A DNA stretch of 45,892 nt from Nitrospirota bacterium (GTDB taxonomy: Bacteria; Nitrospirota; UBA9217): contig JAOUEV010000027.1 in NCBI GenBank assembly GCA_029858565.1, positions 1 to 45,892 on the forward strand. The letters run 5' to 3'. Positions 1 through 10,552 of the stretch are shown one piece after another. Both the position numbers and the translations under genes were made by a program. The notes beneath the pieces were generated by a model, which saw only the letters and a list, made by a program, of their open reading frames with translations, was not told the origin of the DNA and did not search any database. Numbering within the stretch: the first letter of the stretch is position 1; the number at the start of each line of letters is the position of its first letter.

Positions 1-1
1 G

Positions 2-1672
2 CCCAGCCGCCTGCTCTTTGACAAGAAGCGCATGCTCCTATGGGAGGCTGACGCGCCCAAGGACCTGTTGATCGAGACGATCAAGATCGACGTGGACGCG
101 CCGCAGACCATGGGGACCGTGAAGATCGAGGGCTTGGACGCGAAAGGCTGGCACGTGCTGGCTGAGAACGCTGCCCTTTACGCGACCGCCGGCCGATTTG
201 CCGCAGAGATCACGGTCAAGCCGGGTGTCTATCAGAAGCTCCGCTTGAGCTTCAAGGGCTACGACAAGCGGTTCCGCGAGACGACCCTGCCGGTGACCTC
301 GGTCACCCTGTCGGGCAAGAACGCTGCGCAGGACTATGCGCAGCAGTCAGTTCCTCTCAAGTTCTCGGACAAGACCGACGAGCGTGTGCGCGTGCTCTCA
401 ACGACCCTGCCGGGCCTAGGGCTCTGGATCAAAAAGATCGAGATCGCGACAGAGGCGCAGTTCCAGGGTAACTGGGAGCTGGGCGCCGAAGTGGTGAACG
501 GCGGCAAACTTGAGTTCCAGAAGCTCTTCTCCGGCAATATCACGACCGTGGGCGCTAAAGGCAACGTGCTCGAAATCCCCGTAGGCGCATACTGGGGTAC
601 GCGGTCGCTTGTGCTGCGGCTCGATCCTGGTAACCGGTTCGTCGGAACGGTCAAGTCCATGGCTATCACCGTGAACCTGCCGCGCATGACCTTTTACGCT
701 GACAAGGCAGGCACCTATCAAGCCCAGACCGGTTTGGGGAGCCAGGTGAACATCCAGGAGACGCCGGGGAACAAGGAACGAAAGATCGAGGCAGCAGTCG
801 CTTTCGGCGATGTGGCCGAGAATACCCTGTGGTCGCCTGAAAGTCTGCTCGCGAAGTATGCTGTGGCGGGCGGGCCCTTTGACGTGAAGGGATTCCGCTG
901 GCAATCGCGGTTGACGGTCAGGGATGCGGGATACTACCGCTTGGTGCTGGACCGCGACGCAAGCCTTCGATCGGGCTCCGGCGCTGTGCGGATCGTGAAG
1001 GACGGCATACAGGTCCCGTATTTTTCAGGACCGAGCGAAGATCGGAAGATCGACCTAAAGGTATCGCCTGAGTACGACAAGAAGAAGAACCGGACCTTCT
1101 GGACCTTGGACCTGCCGGACCGGTCAACGGACCTACGGGAACTGACCGCTGAGTCCGAAGGAATCTTCGACCGCATGGTGTTGATCGAGATACCGCTCCA
1201 GGGCCATGCAGGGTGGCAGACCTGGAGGACCATGCGCTGGCAGAACGCGACCCAGACCTCATCCACCCTTCGGGTATCGCTCGCCGGCCTGGCGCGGGAT
1301 GCATCGAAGCTGCGCATTACGATCGAGCATGGTGACAACCGGGCCATCGAGCTTCGCAAACTGCAGGCGAGCTACGGCGCGCCGGCGCTCCTCTTCCTTG
1401 CCGCCGCTGCGGGTGAGTACAGCCTCTACGGCGGGAACGAGAAGATCGGCGCGCCGACGTACGATCTGATGCTGGTAAAGGCCCACCTGGCCGATGCGCT
1501 GCCCAAGACCGTGGAGATGGGGAAGGTTGAGTCAGCAAGCTCCGCGGGGTTCAAGAACGCCTTCATGGGAGCATTCGAGGACAGGAGCTGGGGGCTCTAT
1601 GCGGTTCTGGGCGCAGTGACCCTGATCCTGGTGATCGTGATCGCCAGGCTCTTCCCCAAGGCGGAACAGTAG
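2..1672 (+). CDS. DUF3999-like exported protein with C-terminal membrane anchor (5' partial)
   Basis: The frame is open from base 2, so the gene starts before the window. Motifs LRITIEHGDNRAIEL and YSLYGGNEKIGAPTYDL plus a C-terminal TM helix (WGLYAVLGAVTLILVIVIARLF) resemble DUF3999 proteins. Confidence 0.65.
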   Translation, partial: PSRLLFDKKRMLLWEADAPKDLLIETIKIDVDAPQTMGTVKIEGLDAKGWHVLAENAALYATAGRFAAEITVKPGVYQKLRLSFKGYDKRFRETTLPVTSVTLSGKNAAQDYAQQSVPLKFSDKTDERVRVLSTTLPGLGLWIKKIEIATEAQFQGNWELGAEVVNGGKLEFQKLFSGNITTVGAKGNVLEIPVGAYWGTRSLVLRLDPGNRFVGTVKSMAITVNLPRMTFYADKAGTYQAQTGLGSQVNIQETPGNKERKIEAAVAFGDVAENTLWSPESLLAKYAVAGGPFDVKGFRWQSRLTVRDAGYYRLVLDRDASLRSGSGAVRIVKDGIQVPYFSGPSEDRKIDLKVSPEYDKKKNRTFWTLDLPDRSTDLRELTAESEGIFDRMVLIEIPLQGHAGWQTWRTMRWQNATQTSSTLRVSLAGLARDASKLRITIEHGDNRAIELRKLQASYGAPALLFLAAAAGEYSLYGGNEKIGAPTYDLMLVKAHLADALPKTVEMGKVESASSAGFKNAFMGAFEDRSWGLYAVLGAVTLILVIVIARLFPKAEQ

Positions 1673-1741
1673 GGAAGTGGGATACGATCAACCCTGCTTT
1701 CTGACGATACTGATCTTTTAACTTTTTACCGACTTCCGCTC

Positions 1742-1770
1742 TTGAGCTTTCCTTCCGACTGTGGTAAAGT
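1742..1770 (+). promoter_or_regulatory. sigma70-type promoter upstream of guaB
   Basis: TTGAGC-17 nt-TAAAGT with TG just upstream of the -10; AAGGAG SD before the ATG at 1852. Confidence 0.5.
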
Positions 1771-1830
1771 ATCGACTCAATTCAGTGGTCTGTTTGTTCA
1801 GGTAAGTCCGTATTCGTCCTCGGTTCATAA

Positions 1831-3336
<1,506 letters not shown>

Positions 3337-3347
3337 GGAGAAAATTT

Positions 3348-3373
3348 GTAGGGGCGGCCCTGTGTGGCCGCCC
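3348..3373 (+). repeat. GTAG-type REP-like palindrome
   Basis: GTAG followed by GGGCGGCC-ctgtgt-GGCCGCCC, the layout of RAYT-associated REP elements. Confidence 0.7.
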
Positions 3374-3398
3374 TCGATCTTTTTGCGGCAGGGGCATC

Positions 3399-3584
3399 AT
3401 GGCCAAGGTTACGAACATCCGCGCAAAGCGTGATCAAAAGAACAAGGAATCGATCCCAGCCTCGAACCATCCCGGTTTCACTCCCTGCAGCCCTGATATG
3501 ACCATCTGCGGAGACTGCGAAGGGAACCGGCGGGTGAAGAAATGCCCGCGTCTCAAGGAGTGGATGGCAAAGCGGCAGGGATGA
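3399..3584 (+). CDS. small basic Cys-containing hypothetical protein (61 aa)
   Basis: AGGGG SD-like motif before the ATG; C-x6-CxxC-x8-C pattern; fills an otherwise empty gap. Confidence 0.6.
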   Translation: MAKVTNIRAKRDQKNKESIPASNHPGFTPCSPDMTICGDCEGNRRVKKCPRLKEWMAKRQG

Positions 3585-3812
3585 TCCGTAAAGATATTTT
3601 ACCGCGGAGAACGCCGCGATAACCGAGAACATGGAACCTTAGGTCTGCATACCACGACCGCCGGACCTGGAAAAGTCCGTTCGCTCCGTCCCTGATACGG
3701 AGAGGGGCAATCTTTTTGTCGCCCCCCTGGTCCTGAAAATCCGCTTGACCCTGCGGTCCCTATCTGAGATACTTGCTCCTGCTGTCAATCATCGTGAAAA
3801 GGACCTCCTGCC

Positions 3813-4994
3813 ATGCACTATCGTATAGTCATAGCTTTTTCCCTGTTCCTCTTCATGTTCACCGCTGTTGGCGTTTGCGCGGAGAATGCCGCTCCGGCGC
3901 CGGCCGCCGCCACGATCTTCATTGTTCATGACAGCGGTACCGAGGAGCTGCTTTTTGACGGTTTTCACGCTGCCTGCGCAGGTTATGGGCCCAATGGCGT
4001 GAAGTATGACACCCCTGCGGGCGCGGTGACCGTTGCGTGGCCCGATGTCGCTTATGTACTTCCGCAGTGGGAGGAGGGCTTTTCGCTTGCCGGAGCTTCC
4101 TTCAAGACCGCTGTGCTGCGTCCCGCGTCCTGCCCTGAGGGGTATGTGCGAAAGGTGAAGAAGAAGACGGTAAAGGTCAAGAACAAGAGCAAGGTCGTTG
4201 AAGAGGAAACAAGATATCCTCTCCACACGATACACCTCATTGCCTTCAGCAAGGAGGGCGTGGAGAGCGGGCAGCGGGCGCTGGAGCAGAAGGGGACGCG
4301 GTTTGACCCGGGAACGGGCATGGAGTTCGTGCAGGTCCGGGGCGGATGCTTTGAGCGGGGCGACAGCACGGGAGAGGGCGAGGAGAACGAGAAGCACGTG
4401 CAGCGCCTTTGCCTGGACGAGTTCTCTATGGCGAAGTACGAGGTGACCCAGGCGCAGTGGCGCTCGGTCATGAACACCAGCCCTTCAGGGAACAAGGCCT
4501 GCGGGGACAACTGCCCGGTGGAGAACATGACCTGGTACGATGTCCAGGACTTCCTGCGGCTGCTGAAACAGAAGACCGGCTGGAACTACCGGCTGCCCAC
4601 CGAGGCTGAATGGGAATTCGCCGCACGGAGCGGCGGCCGCAAGGACGTCTGGTCCGGGACGAGCAGTGAGGACGCGGTCGGCGAAGTCGCCTGGTTCAAC
4701 GGCAATGCGGACGGCCGGACGCACGCGGTCGGCGCGAAGAACCCCAACACCCTCGGGCTGTACGATATGAGCGGCAATGTTGCCGAGTGGACCGGTGACC
4801 GGTATGACAAGGATTACTACCGCTCCAGCCCGCAGAAGAACCCGCCGGGGCCGTCGAACGGCGACCATCGCGTGAGCCGCGGCGGCAGTTTCCGCTATGG
4901 CCCGAAGAAGGTCAGGACCGGGTTCCGCGATCACGACAATCCGAACACCAAGAACGGGGCGCTCGGATTCAGGCTTGTGCTGGAGGGCAAATAG
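3813..4994 (+). CDS. secreted FGE-sulfatase (SUMF1/EgtB/PvdO family) domain protein
   Basis: Signal peptide; YEVTQAQW, YRLPTEAEWEFAAR, GLYDMSGNVAEW, RGGS, GFR motifs; upstream TTGACC...GATACT promoter. Confidence 0.9.
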   Translation: MHYRIVIAFSLFLFMFTAVGVCAENAAPAPAAATIFIVHDSGTEELLFDGFHAACAGYGPNGVKYDTPAGAVTVAWPDVAYVLPQWEEGFSLAGASFKTAVLRPASCPEGYVRKVKKKTVKVKNKSKVVEEETRYPLHTIHLIAFSKEGVESGQRALEQKGTRFDPGTGMEFVQVRGGCFERGDSTGEGEENEKHVQRLCLDEFSMAKYEVTQAQWRSVMNTSPSGNKACGDNCPVENMTWYDVQDFLRLLKQKTGWNYRLPTEAEWEFAARSGGRKDVWSGTSSEDAVGEVAWFNGNADGRTHAVGAKNPNTLGLYDMSGNVAEWTGDRYDKDYYRSSPQKNPPGPSNGDHRVSRGGSFRYGPKKVRTGFRDHDNPNTKNGALGFRLVLEGK

Positions 4995-5016
4995 CACCAC
5001 GGTGTTGCGTACGGGC

Positions 5017-5943
5017 ATGGAAGGACCAGGGAAGATCATCATAGGCGTCAGTTCCTGCCTTCTGGGAAACAAGGTCCGGTATGACGGAAAGAGCAGGTCC
5101 GACCTTGCGCTTATGCGCGCGCTCGGGAAGGCGTTCGTTCTTTTTCCGGTCTGTCCGGAGGTGGAGGCGGGACTGTCCGTGCCCCGGGAACCCATGGAGC
5201 TGTACGGTACTCCGTCCCAGGCGCGGCTTCGCGTGATCGGGAGCGATATCGATCTGACCGGAGTGATGGACCACTGGGCGAAGAAAAGGATCCCCGTGCT
5301 TGCGAAGCAGGGGATCTGCGGCTTCGTGTTCAAGAGCAGGTCCCCGAGCTGCGCTGTTGATGATGCCGTCATCATCTCGGAAAAAGGCGGGCAGAAGGGT
5401 CCCGGCCTGTTCAGATCCTCCCTGACGGAGCTTATCCCCCCTCTTCCTGTTGCTGATAATGAGGACCTGGCGGATGCGGCTGTTCGAGAGAACTTCATCG
5501 AGCGGGTGCGCGTGTACCGCCGGTGGCAGGACCTGTGCGCACGGCGGCCTTCCCTGTGCAAGCTGGTAGCCTTTCATTCAGACCACAAACTGCTGATCAT
5601 GGCGCACAGCTTGAAGCACTATTCGCTGCTCGGAAAGCTCGTTGCCGGCGCAAAAGGCGGTTCGATCCGCCTTCTCTGCGACCGCTATATCGCGCTTCTC
5701 ATGGAAGGTCTGCAGCTGAACGCCACACGGGGGAAGCATGCCAATGTGCTGCAGCACGCCATGGGATATTTCAAGAACGTGCTGAGCGCGCAGGAGAAGC
5801 AAGAGCTTCTGAACAGCATCGAACAGTATCGGTTGGGAACAGCTCCGCTCAGGTCTCCTCTGGCGCGTATCCGGCGTCATCTCCGCAAACATCCGGACGA
5901 GTATCTTCTTCGCCAGGTCTATCTCGATCAGCAACACAGGTAG
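5017..5943 (+). CDS. DUF523 (TudS 2-thiouracil desulfidase)-DUF1722 fusion, YbgA/RudS-like
   Basis: GVSSCLLGNKVRYDG, PVCPEVEAGLSVPRE, KSRSPSC (three 4Fe-4S Cys) followed by DUF1722 motifs FHSDHKLLIMAHS, NVLQHAMGYFK, YLLRQVYL. Start moved to the ATG at 5017 to avoid overlap with the upstream gene. Confidence 0.9.
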   Translation: MEGPGKIIIGVSSCLLGNKVRYDGKSRSDLALMRALGKAFVLFPVCPEVEAGLSVPREPMELYGTPSQARLRVIGSDIDLTGVMDHWAKKRIPVLAKQGICGFVFKSRSPSCAVDDAVIISEKGGQKGPGLFRSSLTELIPPLPVADNEDLADAAVRENFIERVRVYRRWQDLCARRPSLCKLVAFHSDHKLLIMAHSLKHYSLLGKLVAGAKGGSIRLLCDRYIALLMEGLQLNATRGKHANVLQHAMGYFKNVLSAQEKQELLNSIEQYRLGTAPLRSPLARIRRHLRKHPDEYLLRQVYLDQQHR

Positions 5944-6159
5944 CGACGGACCATCGGTTTGTTCGTGACCGATCCAGCGAACGTTCCCACCCGTTCCCGG
6001 CGCGGCACGTCGACCGCCCATCACCATGGGTCCCCTTCATCCGACAGGACCGGTTCATTGCGGCGCAAAACGCCGATTTGCGGTCATTTTCAGCAACTTT
6101 GTCGCAAAATGACGAGTATTAGTTTGTGTTTCAGCTGGCCAGCAGGTATAATTGACCCC

Positions 6160-8094
6160 ATGGAAGAACGCATACAGAAGATCATATCAGCCGCAGGCGT
6201 TGTCTCGCGGCGCGCAGCAGAGGAACTGATCCGCGAGGGACGGGTGCGGGTCAATGGAACGGTGGTGACCGAAATGGGCACCAAGGCCGATCCGGACAAG
6301 GACCATATCAAGGTCGACGGCAAGCTGATCAATCCCCAGCAGCCCAAGACCTACCTGATGTTGAACAAGCCCGTGGGCTATGTCACGACCATGTCCGATC
6401 CTGAAGGCAGGCCGGTTGTCGCCGACCTTCTGAAAGGCGTCAAGGTCCGGGTCTACCCGGTAGGGCGGCTTGACTACGATACGGAAGGGCTGCTCCTGCT
6501 GACGAACGACGGCGACTTCGCCCATCTGGTGACCCATCCCAAGCACGAACTTCCGAAGACCTACCTGGTGAAGGTCAAAGGCGTGCTTTCGGACTCGGAC
6601 GTAGATAACCTGGAAAAGGGCGTATTCCTGAAGGACGGCAAGACCGCTCCCGCGCGCGTGCGAAGGCTGCGCAAGGAAGAATCGAACTCCTATGTGGAGA
6701 TCACGATCCATGAAGGCAGGAAACGCCAGGTGCGCCGCATGATCGACTATACCGGACATTCGGTCATCAAGCTGAAACGGTCCAAGGTCGGCGTCCTTCC
6801 GCTGGGCGATCTGGAACTCGGCGCCTATCGCCACCTGACGAGCGACGAAGTGCGTGCATTGCAGGAAGCCTCACTTCGGGAGCCCGGCGCGGAGACCAAG
6901 CCGCGGTCAACAGCAGCCCGCGCGGTGAAGACTGACGAAAAGATCCTAAAAAAGACCATCAGAAAAAAACGCAGCGATGATATCGAGTTCATTGAACCGC
7001 TGACCACACGGAAACCGCGCAGACCCGCGGCAGCTGGCCGCAGCTATTCAGCGGACCGGCCGGCGCGGGCCGAGTCGCGGGGTCCCCGTTCATCTGACCG
7101 CGAAGCACAGGGATTCGACCGGCCCCCACGTCCGTCGTTCCGGGGCAAGCCTGAAGGCGCAGGCAGCGGGTTCAGATCAGAAGGCAAGCGACCGTCCTTC
7201 CGCAGCAGACCGGAAGGTGACACGGGATACCGTCCGCGCACAAGCGATCGAGGTGAGCGTCCCTCATTCCGCGGTAAACCTGAAGGCCGCACCGGAGGAT
7301 TTCGTCCCCGTTCATCAGATCGTGAAGCACAGGGATTCGACCGGCCCGCACGACCGTCGTTCCGGGGCAAACCCGAAGGCGCAGGCAGCGGGTTCCGATC
7401 AGAAGGCAAACGACCTCCTTTCCGCAGCAGACCGGAAGGTGACACTGGATACCGTCCGCGCACAAGCGATCGAGGCGAGCGTCCCTCATTCCGCGGTAAA
7501 CCTGAAGGCCGCACCGGAGGATTTCGTCCCCGTTCCTCTGATCGCGAAGCACAGGGATTCGACCGGCCCACACGTCCGTCGTTCCGGGGCAAGCCCGAAG
7601 GCGCAGGCAGCGGATCCAGATCAGAAGGCAAGCGACCTCCTTTCCGCAGCAGACCGGAAGGTGACACGGGATACCGTCCGCGCACAAGCGATCGAGGCGA
7701 GCGTCCCTCATTCCGCGGTAAACCTGAAGGCCGCACCGGAGGATTTCGTCCCCGTTCCTCTGATCGCGAAGCACAGGGATTCGACCGGCCCGCGCGTCCG
7801 TCGTTCCGGGGCAAGCCCGAAGGCGCAGCCGGCGGTTTCAGATCAGAAGGCAAAAGACCGTCATTCCGCAGCAAGCCGGAGGGCGGCTCTGCGGGTTTCC
7901 GTCCCCGCACAAGCGAACGCAGTGAGAAAAGCGGAACTGGATCATCGTTCAAGCCACGGGAAAGAGGGTCCTGGGGTAAGGGTCCGGCACGGACATCGGG
8001 TTTCGGTTCCGGTTCCGGCAGGCCCCGTTCTTCAGGCCCCCGTCCGAGCAGGCCGGCAGGGAAGCCTGCTGCAAGGAAAGGCCGCAGGGATTAG
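6160..8094 (+). CDS. rluB: 23S rRNA pseudouridine synthase RluB-family with long repetitive Arg/Gly/Ser/Pro tail
   Basis: S4 domain MEERIQKIISAAGVVSRRAAEELI, LNKPVG, catalytic VGRLDYDTEGLLLLTNDG, EGRKRQVRRM; true start at ATG 6160. Confidence 0.9.
   Translation: MEERIQKIISAAGVVSRRAAEELIREGRVRVNGTVVTEMGTKADPDKDHIKVDGKLINPQQPKTYLMLNKPVGYVTTMSDPEGRPVVADLLKGVKVRVYPVGRLDYDTEGLLLLTNDGDFAHLVTHPKHELPKTYLVKVKGVLSDSDVDNLEKGVFLKDGKTAPARVRRLRKEESNSYVEITIHEGRKRQVRRMIDYTGHSVIKLKRSKVGVLPLGDLELGAYRHLTSDEVRALQEASLREPGAETKPRSTAARAVKTDEKILKKTIRKKRSDDIEFIEPLTTRKPRRPAAAGRSYSADRPARAESRGPRSSDREAQGFDRPPRPSFRGKPEGAGSGFRSEGKRPSFRSRPEGDTGYRPRTSDRGERPSFRGKPEGRTGGFRPRSSDREAQGFDRPARPSFRGKPEGAGSGFRSEGKRPPFRSRPEGDTGYRPRTSDRGERPSFRGKPEGRTGGFRPRSSDREAQGFDRPTRPSFRGKPEGAGSGSRSEGKRPPFRSRPEGDTGYRPRTSDRGERPSFRGKPEGRTGGFRPRSSDREAQGFDRPARPSFRGKPEGAAGGFRSEGKRPSFRSKPEGGSAGFRPRTSERSEKSGTGSSFKPRERGSWGKGPARTSGFGSGSGRPRSSGPRPSRPAGKPAARKGRRD
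7083..7915 (+). repeat. in-frame 222-bp (74-aa) tandem repeat, about 3.7 copies, inside rluB
   Basis: GAAGCACAGGGATTCGACCGGCCC recurs at 7102, 7324, 7546 and 7768, exactly 222 bp apart. Confidence 0.95.
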
Positions 8095-8115
8095 GTTAAT
8101 GCCGTAGGTATTTTG

Positions 8116-8195
8116 TCCGCAGATTACACAGATTTCACAGATTAAGAAGCTTTTTCCATGTTTTATAATCTGCGGTCATCTGTGAGATCTGCGGA
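8116..8195. repeat. 9-nt periodic inverted-repeat element
   Basis: Left arm CGCAGATTA CACAGATTT CACAGATTA; right arm TAATCTGCG GTCATCTGTG AGATCTGCG; short AT-rich spacer between them. Confidence 0.85.
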
Positions 8196-8221
8196 TAAAG
8201 TTTTTTTGGGACTTCAGTTCA

Positions 8222-8506
8222 ATGGATACTCTTCGCGCACAGGTTATCGTTCACGGCCTGGTCCAGGGGGTCTGGTTCAGGCAGAGCACCAAGGATGAAG
8301 CGGAACGCATCGGCGTCAATGGCTGGGTGAGAAACCTGCCTGACGGGACCGTGGAAGCGCTTTTCGAGGGAGAGAAGAAGAAGGTCGAAGAGATCATAGG
8401 CTGGTGCCACCGCGGGCCTTCAGGAGCGCAGGTGACGAAGGTGGACATCGCGTGGCAGAAATATAAAGGGGAGTTTTTCCGTTTTGACATCCGCTATGGC
8501 AGGTAG
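8222..8506 (+). CDS. acyP: acylphosphatase
   Basis: VHGLVQGVWFR, GWVRNLPDGTVEA, WCHRGPSGAQV. Confidence 0.95.
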   Translation: MDTLRAQVIVHGLVQGVWFRQSTKDEAERIGVNGWVRNLPDGTVEALFEGEKKKVEEIIGWCHRGPSGAQVTKVDIAWQKYKGEFFRFDIRYGR

Positions 8507-9215
8507 CCGATCCGTCATCATACTATGCGTTCTCTTCCTTCTGCTCGCCTGCAGCAGGGGAGAGCAGCCTGCTGAGCCCGCCGGCAAGCCGCAGCCCACC
8601 GTTATACTCAAACCAAAACCCAGGACCATGTCTGCTGAACAGCGGAAGGAGCTCGGATTTCCCGAGGAGCTGATCCGCGAGGTCGAGGCTGCTTCGGAAG
8701 CGATCGCAGAGCCGTTCTTCGAGGATGTCATGATGCGGACGGCGAACCTGCGCGGGGACGTGATGATCGCCGGCAACCGGCTCATGGGATTCAGCGTCCG
8801 CACGCAGAAGGCCGATGAGGTCATCATCAACCTTTCCCCGTCATACCGCAGGAAGGGGTACCTTCTTTTCCGGAGCGAACAAAACTACGGCAGGGTGCCG
8901 GACATCGTGACCGTGGTCAAAGGCAGCAGTTCCTATGATATCCTGAAGATCCAGAAGACCGAGGCGCCGAACTATCACCTTGATACCAAGGCCATCATCA
9001 AGTGGCTGAAGGAACAGCAGAGCCTCGGGTCCTTTGTGGTCACCGGAGCGGGCGCGGACTGGGTCGAGGCCCGTTTCATCAGTCCTCCGAAGAACATGAA
9101 AGCCTTTGCGCGCAAGATCGTTGCTTTTGCGCCTGATGTGATGTCCGAAGGCGGGGTCGATAAGCTGACCAGACGGATGGAAAAGACAAAGTCCTTTTCG
9201 CTGTGGTGGGACTGA
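8496..9215 (+). CDS. lipoprotein with C-terminal DUF4253-like domain
   Basis: Lipobox LLLAC; C-terminal FAPDV...FSLWWD is typical of DUF4253. Confidence 0.75.
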   Translation: MAGSRSVIILCVLFLLLACSRGEQPAEPAGKPQPTVILKPKPRTMSAEQRKELGFPEELIREVEAASEAIAEPFFEDVMMRTANLRGDVMIAGNRLMGFSVRTQKADEVIINLSPSYRRKGYLLFRSEQNYGRVPDIVTVVKGSSSYDILKIQKTEAPNYHLDTKAIIKWLKEQQSLGSFVVTGAGADWVEARFISPPKNMKAFARKIVAFAPDVMSEGGVDKLTRRMEKTKSFSLWWD

Positions 9216-9219
9216 TGTA

Positions 9220-9251
9220 AGTGCGGAGTGCGAAGTTCCGAGTGCGGAGTG
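9220..9251 (+). repeat. heptamer tandem repeat (AGTGCGG-like x4)
   Basis: AGTGCGG AGTGCGA AGTTCCG AGTGCGG AGTG directly after a stop codon. Confidence 0.8.
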
Positions 9252-9271
9252 ATAAAAGCGTTCAATAGACT

Positions 9272-10156
9272 ATGAAAAACGCGATGAACATGCTCATCGG
9301 AATAGTTGTCCTTGTTATTGCTCTCTCGCTCGTCCTTGTCTTCGCCAATACGCACCCGCCACGCTATCCGCTTCACATTCCTCCATCACAATACAATGTT
9401 GCTTATGAGGACGTATCTTTTGTCACAAGCGACAACGTTTCGCTGAAAGGTTGGCTGATAAAGCCGGACAAGACCAGGGAGCCGGCTCCCGCAATCATCA
9501 TCTGCCACGGTCTTGGAGCGAACAGGTCGGACTTTACCGATCTGGCCGTATCTCTGATACAGCGGGGTTACCTGGTCCTGACCTTCGACTTTCGCGCTCA
9601 CGGCGAGAGCGGGGGTGGTCGCTCGTCCCTGGGATTGAACGAGCAGAAGGATGTTGCAGCTGCACTTGCCTATCTTCATTCTCGGAAGGAGATCGATCCA
9701 AAGCGGATCGGTATCTACGGCTTCTCCCTTGGCGGCGCGACCGCGATCCTGGCAGCGGAAAATAGCGGGGGTTTTCGTGCTGTTGTGACGGACAGCGCGT
9801 TCACCAGCCTTCGCGACCAAGCGAGGACAGCGATCACCGGATTCTATCATCTGCCTGCCTTTCCCTTTCTTTCCCTAACGACTCTCGGGTACCGGCTCTA
9901 CTTCTTCGCGCCTGTTGATGGCGTTGATCCGGAAAAGGTCATCGCCAAATTGTCGCCGGTCCCGGTCCTGATCATTGCAGGCGAGGGAGACGACCTGATC
10001 CCTGTTGAGAACGGGAAACGGCTGTTTGCCGCTGCAAGGGAACCCAAGGAGCAGTGGATAATACAGAATGCCCTGCATGGCGGTACCATGGCTGCGGCAG
10101 GTCCGGAGTATCAGAAGCGGGTGGGGGAGTTCTTTGACCGGTATCTGAAATACTGA
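9272..10156 (+). CDS. membrane-anchored alpha/beta hydrolase
   Basis: N-terminal TM helix; CHGLG, DFRAHGES, nucleophile GFSLGG, GEGDDLIP, ALHG triad elements. Confidence 0.92.
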   Translation: MKNAMNMLIGIVVLVIALSLVLVFANTHPPRYPLHIPPSQYNVAYEDVSFVTSDNVSLKGWLIKPDKTREPAPAIIICHGLGANRSDFTDLAVSLIQRGYLVLTFDFRAHGESGGGRSSLGLNEQKDVAAALAYLHSRKEIDPKRIGIYGFSLGGATAILAAENSGGFRAVVTDSAFTSLRDQARTAITGFYHLPAFPFLSLTTLGYRLYFFAPVDGVDPEKVIAKLSPVPVLIIAGEGDDLIPVENGKRLFAAAREPKEQWIIQNALHGGTMAAAGPEYQKRVGEFFDRYLKY

Positions 10157-10238
10157 TCAGTTTCTGAGTCACGATCCATTATGCCATCTCGTTTTCCTTC
10201 TTAGCAAGGCTCGCACCGGATAATTCAAATTATTGCTG

Positions 10239-10272
10239 TTGATGATTGCCAATTGGGATGATATAATGGCAA
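10239..10272 (+). promoter_or_regulatory. TA operon promoter with overlapping inverted-repeat operator
   Basis: TTGATG-17 nt-TATAAT (extended TG); TTGCCA (10246) ... TGGCAA (10267) inverted repeat overlapping the promoter. Confidence 0.65.
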
Positions 10273-10288
10273 ATATCTGGAGGCTGGC

Positions 10289-10552
10289 ATGAAAACAACA
10301 GTGGACCGATTCGGCAGGGTAGTGGTCCCCAAAGACATCCGGGACCGCCTTGGCTTGCGGCCGGGATCCGAGCTTGAGATCGACGAAAAAGGGAACGAGA
10401 TCATTCTGAAGTCAGCGGAGCGCGAGCCGGCGCTCATGGTCAAGGAAGGGATTCTCGTTTACTCCGGAAAAGCGACCGGTGATCTTGTCGGCGCTGTTCG
10501 GGCGCATCGCGAGGAACGCCTAAAGAGAACCGCATCAGGGAAGAGATCGTGA
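10289..10552 (+). CDS. AbrB/MazE/SpoVT-family antitoxin (VapB-like)
   Basis: MKTTVDRFGRVVVPKDIRDRLGLRPGSELEI swapped-hairpin motif; GGAGG SD. Confidence 0.93.
   Translation: MKTTVDRFGRVVVPKDIRDRLGLRPGSELEIDEKGNEIILKSAEREPALMVKEGILVYSGKATGDLVGAVRAHREERLKRTASGKRS

Noticed and set aside
4897-6159. Extended N-termini given by the ORF track (e.g. 4897 and 5959; likewise 14686, 22489, 34907, 39674)
   Set aside because: Family homology begins at downstream ATGs, and the extensions overlap neighbouring genes or promoters.
7083-7915. rluB repeats as a CRISPR array or ncRNA array
   Set aside because: The units are contiguous 222-bp in-frame copies without unique spacers, differ mainly at synonymous or conservative sites, and no cas genes are present.
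7044-8107. Long alternative-frame ORFs over the repeat (302, 200 and 296 aa)
   Set aside because: They result from repeating a stop-free GC-rich unit and have no start signals.
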